Shown: positions 35,371-43,051 of the stretch, in pieces
Layout of the letters: each line of letters opens with the position of its first letter
Position numbering within the stretch: the stretch's first letter is position 1
IMG/VR virus record: IMGVR_UViG_3300028597_000008
Direction: 5' to 3' (one strand)
DNA from: an uncultured virus (IMG/VR IMGVR_UViG_3300028597_000008)
Lineage: Duplodnaviria; Heunggongvirae; Uroviricota; Caudoviricetes
Length of the DNA stretch: 53,894 bases
The notes under the pieces: model-generated
Database searches by the model: none
What the model was told of the DNA's origin: nothing
What the model saw: only the letters and a program-made list of their open reading frames with translations
Made by a program: the position numbers and the translations under genes

Positions 35371-36263
35371 TGCGTTATCAAGTTGGCGAAAAGATTTGGG
35401 CCGTTTTCTTCCACAACAAATCGGCCATGTTTTACCCGCGCTTTTCTACGTGGTTGCCGAACCTGAATTACACCACGAAAGAATTCCCGGAAATCGAATT
35501 CATCGCCCTGACGGTGACTGAACACCACAAGGTTCCCGGCGAGTGGGATAGCAAAGAAACCGAACCGAGTTACGACGGTTATGTGTTGACTGACGCAAAC
35601 GGTCAAGTCTGGCACAACCAATATCCGTACGCCAGTTACGGCCAAGTCAGCGATTCCAACGACGGGCGTTTTAAACTGCATCTGGAAAAACAAAGAAAGA
35701 TCGCAGACGAAACACTCGAATTCGTACGTGGCAAGCGTGAACGTGGCAACGCTGCGCCGTGGTTGAAGGCACCGCACGTAATCGAAGCCTACGACCTGAT
35801 GCGTGAACTGGCAAACATCACGTACGCCGATTTCGGTTTGCGTGAATACGCGGCCAGTGCGTTGACCGATGAAGAGGCAATGCCACACGTGCACCTTCTC
35901 GGCAAATGGTATGCTCATTTGATCGAAGAGTTTGAAAAACACAGCGGTTTGAAAATCGAATCGTCGCCGTGTTTTTTCACCAACAAAGAAGGCGTAGACG
36001 TAAAGGTCGGTGGGCACTACGATTTCAAAGCCTTAGACCCCGAGAAATTCCACGTGGTGAAATCGTCGCGTGCTTATTCCGGTCGCGGCTACAGTGGGCC
36101 AGCGTTGAAAGGCGCAAACATCACGTTGTTGGAAGCTGAGTTCGACGACCAAAGCAACGCCGAAAGTTGCGCACGCAAATTAACCGCTGTGAACCCGGTC
36201 GGCTTCGACGTGTACAGCAGCAAAACCAAAGAGTGCGTTTACCGCGCACGGGACACAGTTTGA
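35370..36263 (+). CDS. Hypothetical protein
   Basis: TAATG overlap; GGAG RBS; NQYP.ASYGQ.SD motif. Confidence 0.8.
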   Translation: MRYQVGEKIWAVFFHNKSAMFYPRFSTWLPNLNYTTKEFPEIEFIALTVTEHHKVPGEWDSKETEPSYDGYVLTDANGQVWHNQYPYASYGQVSDSNDGRFKLHLEKQRKIADETLEFVRGKRERGNAAPWLKAPHVIEAYDLMRELANITYADFGLREYAASALTDEEAMPHVHLLGKWYAHLIEEFEKHSGLKIESSPCFFTNKEGVDVKVGGHYDFKALDPEKFHVVKSSRAYSGRGYSGPALKGANITLLEAEFDDQSNAESCARKLTAVNPVGFDVYSSKTKECVYRARDTV

Positions 36264-36270
36264 GGTTGAA

Positions 36271-36594
36271 ATGATAAAGCCAATTGCCCGCTTAGTTTCG
36301 CGCAGTAGTTCTGCAACATCCGCAACAGATGGTTTGTTGATCGGCACCCGCTTGACCGGCGAAACGTTTTTTAAACCGAATATGGTTTACGAAATTCTCG
36401 AAATTGACGGCCAGCACGTCATTCGTGAAGTGGGCACTTCGGTAATCGCTGATCCTAATGCGGGTGAAAACGTCAGCGATAGTCCTGTGCGTGAAACGTG
36501 GGGCGCACCGCTGAACCACGTGTTGTGCCAAGGCAAAAACCTTTTCCTTAGTCGGGAAGAGTTCGCGCAATTAAATCAACCATGCGAGGAATGA
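36271..36594 (+). CDS. Hypothetical protein
   Basis: GAGG RBS. Confidence 0.7.
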   Translation: MIKPIARLVSRSSSATSATDGLLIGTRLTGETFFKPNMVYEILEIDGQHVIREVGTSVIADPNAGENVSDSPVRETWGAPLNHVLCQGKNLFLSREEFAQLNQPCEE

Positions 36595-36791
36595 AAATCA
36601 TGGCTCGCAATAAAGTGAGAAAACACATGGAACAGAATCTGAAATCCTTTCAAGGCTTCGCGTTCGCTTTCTGCCGCATGTATCGCCGCGCTTCGCACCG
36701 TCAACACGCAAGGCTGATGGCTCGCCCGCTGGATAACGCGTTGGATTTGTTCAACGCCGATGCGCGACAATTCCGACAACAGGTACAGTGA
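36591..36791 (+). CDS. Small basic protein (start 36591 or 36600)
   Basis: GAGGA RBS; overlap. Confidence 0.6.
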   Translation: MKIMARNKVRKHMEQNLKSFQGFAFAFCRMYRRASHRQHARLMARPLDNALDLFNADARQFRQQVQ

Positions 36792-36798
36792 CACTTTC

Positions 36799-36822
36799 AT
36801 GCGCATTCTAACCAGTGCGCAT
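36799..36822 (+). repeat. Conserved intergenic hairpin H10
   Basis: ATGCGCATT-CTAACC-AGTGCGCAT; outer CACTT/GAGTG. Confidence 0.85.
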
Positions 36823-36859
36823 TTGAGTGAATCCAACCAAAACCAAAGAGAGAAAAATC

Positions 36860-37516
36860 GTGCCTAAAATTAATCTGACTCACGAAAAAGCACTGAAACT
36901 GATCGTGGCTATCGTCGCCAATCAATTGGGTGTGCGCCCGCAAGAAGTGAACGGCAGCACTGATCCGATTAAAGACCTCGGCGCCGATTCGCTCGATACT
37001 GTCGAGTTGGTTATGGCAATTGAAGAGGAATTCGAAATCGAAGTTCCTGATGCCGATGCCGAACGCCTGCGCACCGTCAACGACGCGGTTGAATTCGTAA
37101 TGACGGGGAAACACAAAAAGGCTGAGCCTAGCCACGTGTCGAAAGTCAAAGCGCGTGAAGAAGAACCAGAAGTCACGACCGAGAAATTGATTCCACTTTC
37201 CAAAATCGTGAAAACCGAATACATGGAAGCAGGTGTTCCGGTGTTCATTCGCAAATTCAACGAAACCATGGCGAGCGCTGAAAAGCTGCACGCTGCAACT
37301 GTGCGCGATCTGGAAGGCAGCGATGCTTTCGAAATTGCAATGGGTGGCCGTCTGGACGTTGTGGACATTAACGATATCTGCGGCCTGCTGGAAGACACCG
37401 GCTTTATGTTCCAACACGTGGTTGAACACCTCGAATGCTTCGAAGGCGAGAACGGCGATTCCTACGAAATCGTTTCCTACGTCAGCTACACGCTGCCTAA
37501 ATACGCATTGAAGTAA
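36860..37516 (+). CDS. Acyl carrier protein domain fused to an unknown C-terminal domain
   Basis: [28 protein letters not shown]...TV.DA, near-canonical AcpP with Ppant serine; ~130 extra residues. Confidence 0.9.
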   Translation: MPKINLTHEKALKLIVAIVANQLGVRPQEVNGSTDPIKDLGADSLDTVELVMAIEEEFEIEVPDADAERLRTVNDAVEFVMTGKHKKAEPSHVSKVKAREEEPEVTTEKLIPLSKIVKTEYMEAGVPVFIRKFNETMASAEKLHAATVRDLEGSDAFEIAMGGRLDVVDINDICGLLEDTGFMFQHVVEHLECFEGENGDSYEIVSYVSYTLPKYALK

Positions 37517-37525
37517 GGGCGTAAA

Positions 37526-37852
37526 ATGTTCGTACCGAATCCCGATAAAAGTTACGCCCGCCAAAACGACGTTGCGAATATCGACATTCGAGAAAGTGAA
37601 TTCGTTTTCATCACCGAATGCGTGATGAAAGCAGTTCGCGAAGCTGCAACGATCCGTGCGGCGTACCTCGTTTTGTTTTGTGGGAAAACGCAACGGCAAG
37701 CGTGCATAGAGGCTTCGTGCCGTGAGGGCGGTTTAAGCACGTGCCTGACGCGCATTCGCACGCACCACCAAAAGATTCTGTCGGCGTATGGCCCGCGCAT
37801 GCGTATACAGGTTGAGAACGCGCCAGAAGTGGCACCGGTCGCAACACTGTAA
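37526..37852 (+). CDS. Putative HTH regulator (PapB/TrfB-like)
   Basis: I.AAYLVL..GKTQRQAC......GGLS..L.RI pattern. Confidence 0.55.
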   Translation: MFVPNPDKSYARQNDVANIDIRESEFVFITECVMKAVREAATIRAAYLVLFCGKTQRQACIEASCREGGLSTCLTRIRTHHQKILSAYGPRMRIQVENAPEVAPVATL

Positions 37853-37853
37853 A
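37846..37853 (+). promoter_or_regulatory. ACTGTAAA motif, candidate phage-specific promoter
   Basis: At gene boundary, 33 nt upstream of ATG 37887. Confidence 0.45.
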
Positions 37854-37886
37854 GAGCCTGCACAACCTCAAGCGGTGGAACACAAC

Positions 37887-38666
37887 ATGACACGAGTAAC
37901 ATGGAACGCGCAGCACGTCGCTTTGCGTAATACGATACTGGCGGAACTAAGTGCGCTGAGTTCCAGCAAACTTTATTTGCCGGTTGACGTGTTTACGAAA
38001 ATGGCACAGAAACAGGTTCGTGATTTCGAATACAACAACACCACGAAAATCAAACTCCGCGAATTGTTGAGCGAAGTGGACGTGCGTGCAACGTTGGGCA
38101 AATACGTCACCACATTCGAAATTCTCAAACCTGTTGATGTTCCAAAAGATCAATGGCTGTCGATTATCGAAAATGGTGTGAACAGCATCATTGCACATAT
38201 GCAGGAACGTAGCGCTACCGAACACGGTTTGACTCGTGATGGTTTGCGTGCGTATTTGCCTGTGTGGCCGGACTGCGCAGCATTCAACGAGCAATTGCAA
38301 AACGCGATACGTTCGAAAGGCTACACGTTGAACATCACGCGCACGCGGGCACTCGTTCGTAAAATTGCGGTGCCTACTGGTGAAGTTCCAACGATGCGCG
38401 TACACAACGGAATTTCGCTTTTCGATATTCTGGTGCGTCCAACACTCACGCACAAACGGCGCTGGTTGAAAGGCTTTACGCATGCGCTGTCGAGTGATGA
38501 AGCTGTGGTTATGTTGGATACGCGGATTGCCGACGAAAACGGCGAACTGCTACCAGCGTGCGTAATCACTCACGGCGACGTTGTGCTGGTGAATCGTTCT
38601 GCGCATGAAATCATCATGCGTTGCGCGCAAAAGCAGAACACGCAAATCACGGTACGTACGCTATGA
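37887..38666 (+). CDS. Hypothetical protein
   Basis: GGTGGA RBS. Confidence 0.75.
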   Translation: MTRVTWNAQHVALRNTILAELSALSSSKLYLPVDVFTKMAQKQVRDFEYNNTTKIKLRELLSEVDVRATLGKYVTTFEILKPVDVPKDQWLSIIENGVNSIIAHMQERSATEHGLTRDGLRAYLPVWPDCAAFNEQLQNAIRSKGYTLNITRTRALVRKIAVPTGEVPTMRVHNGISLFDILVRPTLTHKRRWLKGFTHALSSDEAVVMLDTRIADENGELLPACVITHGDVVLVNRSAHEIIMRCAQKQNTQITVRTL

Positions 38667-39118
38667 ACGGATGGGAAATTGCAGGTGTAGTTTTGTGCGT
38701 CTTGCTCATTCCATCCATCGGCGGTTTGCTGTTCGGTAACTGTGAATGTGACGGCACTATCGGTAAGCTGTACGGTCGTGTCAAAATTTCCAACACAGCT
38801 TTTTACGTGTGGAGTCGTGACAAACTCAAACGTACGAATTGGTTGGAATTGGGCCACATAGAAAACATGTCGGGAACACGACGGGGCTACACGATCACCA
38901 TTTTCCTGTTCACTGCGCAAATCGGTTGGCTGGGTGAACGGAAAACATCCACAAAAACAAAAACAGAAAGCAGCTTTGAGTATAACGGCAAGACCTACAC
39001 CGGGTCAGATACATTGCCAGAAGACGTAAAGCAAGCATATGCGGAAATGCGCAAAGCGCGGGACGAATTGTTCATGACCGCAGACGAACTTTTGAAACGC
39101 TTTAAGGGGGACAAATGA
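38663..39118 (+). CDS. Membrane-anchored hypothetical protein
   Basis: ATGA overlap; N-terminal hydrophobic segment. Confidence 0.7.
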   Translation: MNGWEIAGVVLCVLLIPSIGGLLFGNCECDGTIGKLYGRVKISNTAFYVWSRDKLKRTNWLELGHIENMSGTRRGYTITIFLFTAQIGWLGERKTSTKTKTESSFEYNGKTYTGSDTLPEDVKQAYAEMRKARDELFMTADELLKRFKGDK

Positions 39119-39903
39119 TTAAGTTCAACGGGCAAAAAGTTATCAACGTCGGAGGGCAAGACGCGCTTTATCTGTCGTACGAAATCCAACGGGTTGCGGG
39201 TTGGGGCCGCGATATCCTCGACGCTGCGCACGCGGTCGTTGTGGATATGGAAAAGCAAAACGTAAACATCGGTCGTCAAGCGCAACGCGAAGGGCAGGAA
39301 GGTATTTTTCTTGCCGCGCATTTCCGATTCAATGATGACGATGTTGTGGTGCATCGCCACGATACCGCCGCTGGTGTAAAGCAAGCGTATTTGGATATGC
39401 TGCAAAAACGCCACGACGATTACGACGCCAGCCCCGAAGGCATCGCAGCGCGTGAGAAATACGAACAGGAAATTTCCGATAAAACGGAAATGGCGCGTAA
39501 CCTGCTCGATGGCATCATGCGTCAATCGCATCTGTACAAAAACCGTGGCGCGCTGCACCAGCCAATGGGCGTAGCTGCCGACGAACTGATGAAAGATTTG
39601 TACACGTTCATCAAATTGGCTGACGATATCCCCAACGAAAATTGGGATCAAGATATTTTCATCGAAAGTATGAAACGTTTCAACTACGTAAGCAGTGAAC
39701 ACGTAGGTAAAACTCCTGACGGGTTCTTTGTTGCCGCAGTTAAACGTGCCTTTATCGTTGGGCAAGCAATGAACTTCGTGGATAAACAAGGGTGCTTCCA
39801 CCAGACGCTTTTGGTGCTGATGGAGCGCTACTTTAAAAACCCGGATGAGAAACCCGAAAATGAAAATCAAAAACGAAATGGCGGTGAACAGACGGACGCT
39901 TGA
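39115..39903 (+). CDS. Hypothetical protein, paralog of 40262-41203
   Basis: AAGGGGG RBS; shared Y..SPEG.A, WD and RA.I.GQ motifs. Confidence 0.8.
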   Translation: MIKFNGQKVINVGGQDALYLSYEIQRVAGWGRDILDAAHAVVVDMEKQNVNIGRQAQREGQEGIFLAAHFRFNDDDVVVHRHDTAAGVKQAYLDMLQKRHDDYDASPEGIAAREKYEQEISDKTEMARNLLDGIMRQSHLYKNRGALHQPMGVAADELMKDLYTFIKLADDIPNENWDQDIFIESMKRFNYVSSEHVGKTPDGFFVAAVKRAFIVGQAMNFVDKQGCFHQTLLVLMERYFKNPDEKPENENQKRNGGEQTDA

Positions 39904-40249
39904 AGAAGTCCAAGACCTGATACGTTACGCTCGGAAAACTACCGGGCGTTCACAGGAACAGGCGTTGGAAAAAGCGGACACGAAATGTCGAATCTTGCTT
40001 GGGCAACCGGCAAACTTCGAACCGGATTACGAATTGGGCGAACGCCTTGTTCGTGTCGTTATGCCGCAGCGTGTTTACGAAGGTTTGCAATGCGCAGCCA
40101 CGCCGCCGTTCCCGAAAAACGAAAACATCAGTGCACACCGGTTGAAAGCACTGGTTGATTTCAACGCTTTTCAGCGTGACGTTGAACTGAGCTTCGAATT
40201 GCTGCCCATGCAACCGGAGCCACAAATTTCCCCAGCACCACAACCGTAA
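39878..40249 (+). CDS. Hypothetical protein (start uncertain)
   Basis: ORF tiling. Confidence 0.65.
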   Translation: MAVNRRTLEEVQDLIRYARKTTGRSQEQALEKADTKCRILLGQPANFEPDYELGERLVRVVMPQRVYEGLQCAATPPFPKNENISAHRLKALVDFNAFQRDVELSFELLPMQPEPQISPAPQP

Positions 40250-40261
40250 GGAAACGCAAAA

Positions 40262-41203
40262 ATGCCGTACGCAAAAGAAATCGTAAAAGACGTAATTGTC
40301 ATGGACACCAGCGCTTCTGACAATTACATTCCCGACATGGCGAAAGAAGCGGTTGAACTGCTGGCCCTGATTCATTCCGGCGCAGAAAAGAATGCGGAAG
40401 GCGTTTACGTCGGCCCGCCGCAATTCATGCAGCAACTGCGCCTGTACAAAGCCGCATGCAGCGCCGACGTTTGCCCACTCACCGCAACGTTCACCGTAAA
40501 CGGTTGTGTTGTTCCTTTCACCGCAGAAGATAGTGCCGAAACGCTTTACGAAAAATACAAAGCGGAATCTGATCGCAAATCCGCTGAGTACAAAGAATCA
40601 CCAGAAGGTAAAGCGCAAGCGGCAGAAAGTGCACAACGTGTTATCGACAATCAACGCATGACCGACGAAGGTTTTGCGGCCTTGCGTGCCATCGTTGAAA
40701 AAGACTGGCAAGAACAATTGTTTGCACGCGGCGTAACACAGCCGGTCGGCGAATTGGCTGCACGCATTTTCATGTGGCTGGCATCGCTGGTTGATTCGGT
40801 TGATTTCCACGGCATTAAGTGGGACGCCGACGAACTGCGTACGCTGCTGCTGGAACTCGGCTACGTCGAAAAGCAATACAGCAAGCAACCGGAAATGATT
40901 AAAGACGCTGCATCGTGGCGTGCGTACATTGCCGGTCAATGCATCCATTGCCTGCGCCCTGCGCCAGAAGGTTTCGGTCGCATTCCGCCGTTTGCCTCTT
41001 TCAAAATTCGTGAACGTGGTTTGGATACCGAAACGTTCATCAGCGAAGATGGCAAGAAAATGCGCACGCTGACGCAATACGAGCGCAAGCAATTGCTTGA
41101 TGCAAAACTGAACGAAGGCGCACGCTTGTGGAATAGCGATAGCGAAACGTTCGAAGAATACATGACCGCGTTGGAAATTCCTACGCAAGTCGAGGATCAC
41201 TAA
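40262..41203 (+). CDS. Hypothetical protein, paralog of 39115-39903
   Basis: AAGGA RBS; shared motifs. Confidence 0.8.
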   Translation: MPYAKEIVKDVIVMDTSASDNYIPDMAKEAVELLALIHSGAEKNAEGVYVGPPQFMQQLRLYKAACSADVCPLTATFTVNGCVVPFTAEDSAETLYEKYKAESDRKSAEYKESPEGKAQAAESAQRVIDNQRMTDEGFAALRAIVEKDWQEQLFARGVTQPVGELAARIFMWLASLVDSVDFHGIKWDADELRTLLLELGYVEKQYSKQPEMIKDAASWRAYIAGQCIHCLRPAPEGFGRIPPFASFKIRERGLDTETFISEDGKKMRTLTQYERKQLLDAKLNEGARLWNSDSETFEEYMTALEIPTQVEDH

Positions 41204-41204
41204 G

Positions 41205-41672
41205 ATGAAAGTTGTTTTCCTAAGTGACAGGCTCCCGGTCGATCCGACGTTTCTCCCGTTGTCTACGCTGTTGGATATGGTTGATCGTGACGAACCGGGC
41301 GCCCTTGAGCGTGTGCGTGCATCGTCGGCCCGTGCGCAACTGATGGCACGTAACGCTGCGCAAACTGGTGTACGCCCAACGTTCTTTTTGGTCATGCCGG
41401 AAAACGTTTTGCAGCACTGGCGTAAATTGCAAGACGCCTACACGGGCGAACGTATTTGCAGCAAAGAACAAATTCGCAACCTGATAAACATCGACCATCC
41501 AGAATGGAAGGCGATCAACATCGGAATCTCCGCAGCCGTTCCGTTTTTCTTAACGCAAGTTTGGGTGCAGGCTACCGACTTCCAATATGTCATTCTCGAC
41601 AAAGAACGCATCATGGAAGGTAAGCCGGTTTACCGACCACCAATCTACAAGGATGAACTACATGGCGATTGA
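41205..41672 (+). CDS. Hypothetical protein
   Basis: GAGGA RBS. Confidence 0.75.
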   Translation: MKVVFLSDRLPVDPTFLPLSTLLDMVDRDEPGALERVRASSARAQLMARNAAQTGVRPTFFLVMPENVLQHWRKLQDAYTGERICSKEQIRNLINIDHPEWKAINIGISAAVPFFLTQVWVQATDFQYVILDKERIMEGKPVYRPPIYKDELHGD

Positions 41673-41997
41673 ACAGCCGTACACGAACGTCTTCGACAAA
41701 TTCGAAGATTTCCTAGCGCACTATCGCAGTACCTATTGCGATTTTGTGTATGACCAGAAGAGCGGATTGTTTTACACCGATTTCCAGTGTGAACACGTCA
41801 TGTTTATTTCTGATCTGTATTTGCAAAACGGCGGCAAGGAAACTGGCAACCATTACGAAAATCAAGACGCGTTTGTTTTGAGCGGAATGGGCATGTTCAA
41901 ATCCCGTGCCGGTAACGCAATCATGTGTTCGCAGGATTTTGAACTGCCCGCTGACTGGTGGTTCCTCCGCCGCGACCTTGCCCGCATGGGAGATTGA
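41662..41997 (+). CDS. Hypothetical protein
   Basis: AAGGA RBS. Confidence 0.7.
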   Translation: MAIEQPYTNVFDKFEDFLAHYRSTYCDFVYDQKSGLFYTDFQCEHVMFISDLYLQNGGKETGNHYENQDAFVLSGMGMFKSRAGNAIMCSQDFELPADWWFLRRDLARMGD

Positions 41998-42000
41998 AAA

Positions 42001-42345
42001 ATGCCACACTCATTTCTGTCATTGACGCAAGATCGTTTCGAAACACGTTGCACGTTGGGTGCGCCATTGTTAAACATCGGCGGTGAAACCTATGACGTGG
42101 ACGTGGTGAAAGAAAAAGGCGCCACGATCACCAGCGGCGTTTACAAGGCGTACAAGAAAGGCACCAAAGAATTGCTGTGCGAATTTTGCAGTTGGCATAT
42201 GCACGGCGGGCCGGATATGTACCAAATCGAAGGCGCGTCATTGAAAGGCATGGGTGATGCGTCGTTGATTGTTATGCCTTCGCTGGCGTCTTGGGAAAAA
42301 CAATTCGCAGACCCGGACGAAGACGAAGAGGACGAAAGCGAATGA
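42001..42345 (+). CDS. Hypothetical protein with acidic tail
   Basis: GGGAG RBS. Confidence 0.75.
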   Translation: MPHSFLSLTQDRFETRCTLGAPLLNIGGETYDVDVVKEKGATITSGVYKAYKKGTKELLCEFCSWHMHGGPDMYQIEGASLKGMGDASLIVMPSLASWEKQFADPDEDEEDESE

Positions 42346-42770
42346 GTATTTACTTCGCAGTGGTTGCGCCCCGTCCGTTTGAATCGGCAGACGTTCTTCC
42401 TGTCATGTTGCATTTTCCAAAGCTGCGCGTTGATATGGAAGGTTCCATGCGCTTTGTGCGTGGCCTGTACAACGACGGCGGTTCGCTGTACGCCCCGGAC
42501 ATTCATTTGACGTGGGTGAGGCTGCAACCTACGCAACCACTCGAATACGACGAAATGATCGTATACGTGAATTACTCGATGGAAGAAATCGAAACCAACG
42601 AAACGATTTCTGAAATTCGCACTACGCTTTCTTACTTGTCCGAAGCCAAACGCATTTACCTGCACCCGATGCGGGATGGCGTGGCCTTCATCATGGAAGG
42701 TGTAAACGTAGAACGGTTGACCGAAGTGTTCACTGAACAAGCGCGCAGTAGTATTCAACTGGTGAAGTGA
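42342..42770 (+). CDS. Hypothetical protein
   Basis: ATGA overlap; GAGGA RBS. Confidence 0.7.
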   Translation: MSIYFAVVAPRPFESADVLPVMLHFPKLRVDMEGSMRFVRGLYNDGGSLYAPDIHLTWVRLQPTQPLEYDEMIVYVNYSMEEIETNETISEIRTTLSYLSEAKRIYLHPMRDGVAFIMEGVNVERLTEVFTEQARSSIQLVK

Positions 42771-42997
42771 TGACGTATTTCAAAAGTGTAAAGAAGAACT
42801 GGAAATCACTGATGTATTTCACCGTGCTGACTGTAATCGTGACAGCAACGATGAAATCCGTGGGCACCAACAAGCAGTGGGTTCTGGATATTTTCGGCAC
42901 TGATCTTAACGCGACGATTGGCGTAGCCTGTTTCTCTGGCCTGCTCGTGTTCGCACTGTTTTCGTTCCTGCACTGGGCCACGTACCCGGCGCGCTGA
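42767..42997 (+). CDS. Small membrane protein (two hydrophobic segments)
   Basis: Overlap; hydrophobicity. Confidence 0.7.
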   Translation: MMTYFKSVKKNWKSLMYFTVLTVIVTATMKSVGTNKQWVLDIFGTDLNATIGVACFSGLLVFALFSFLHWATYPAR

Positions 42998-43010
42998 CTT
43001 CGCAACGCAT

Positions 43011-43018
43011 ACTGTAAA
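43011..43018 (+). promoter_or_regulatory. ACTGTAAA motif, candidate phage-specific promoter
   Basis: Intergenic, 33 nt upstream of ATG 43052. Confidence 0.5.
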
Positions 43019-43051
43019 GACTACCAACCCAACGAAAGAAGAGAAATAGCA

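Noticed and set aside
16865..36822. Hairpin or leader repeats as a CRISPR array
   Set aside because: Copies are separated by whole genes (0.8-5 kb), not 30-40-nt spacers; sequences vary; no cas gene seen.
16865..36822. Family hairpins as ordinary intrinsic terminators
   Set aside because: They lack the U-tracts seen at 15558 and 17523, and share a fixed internal sequence that terminators do not need. Weak termination is not excluded.
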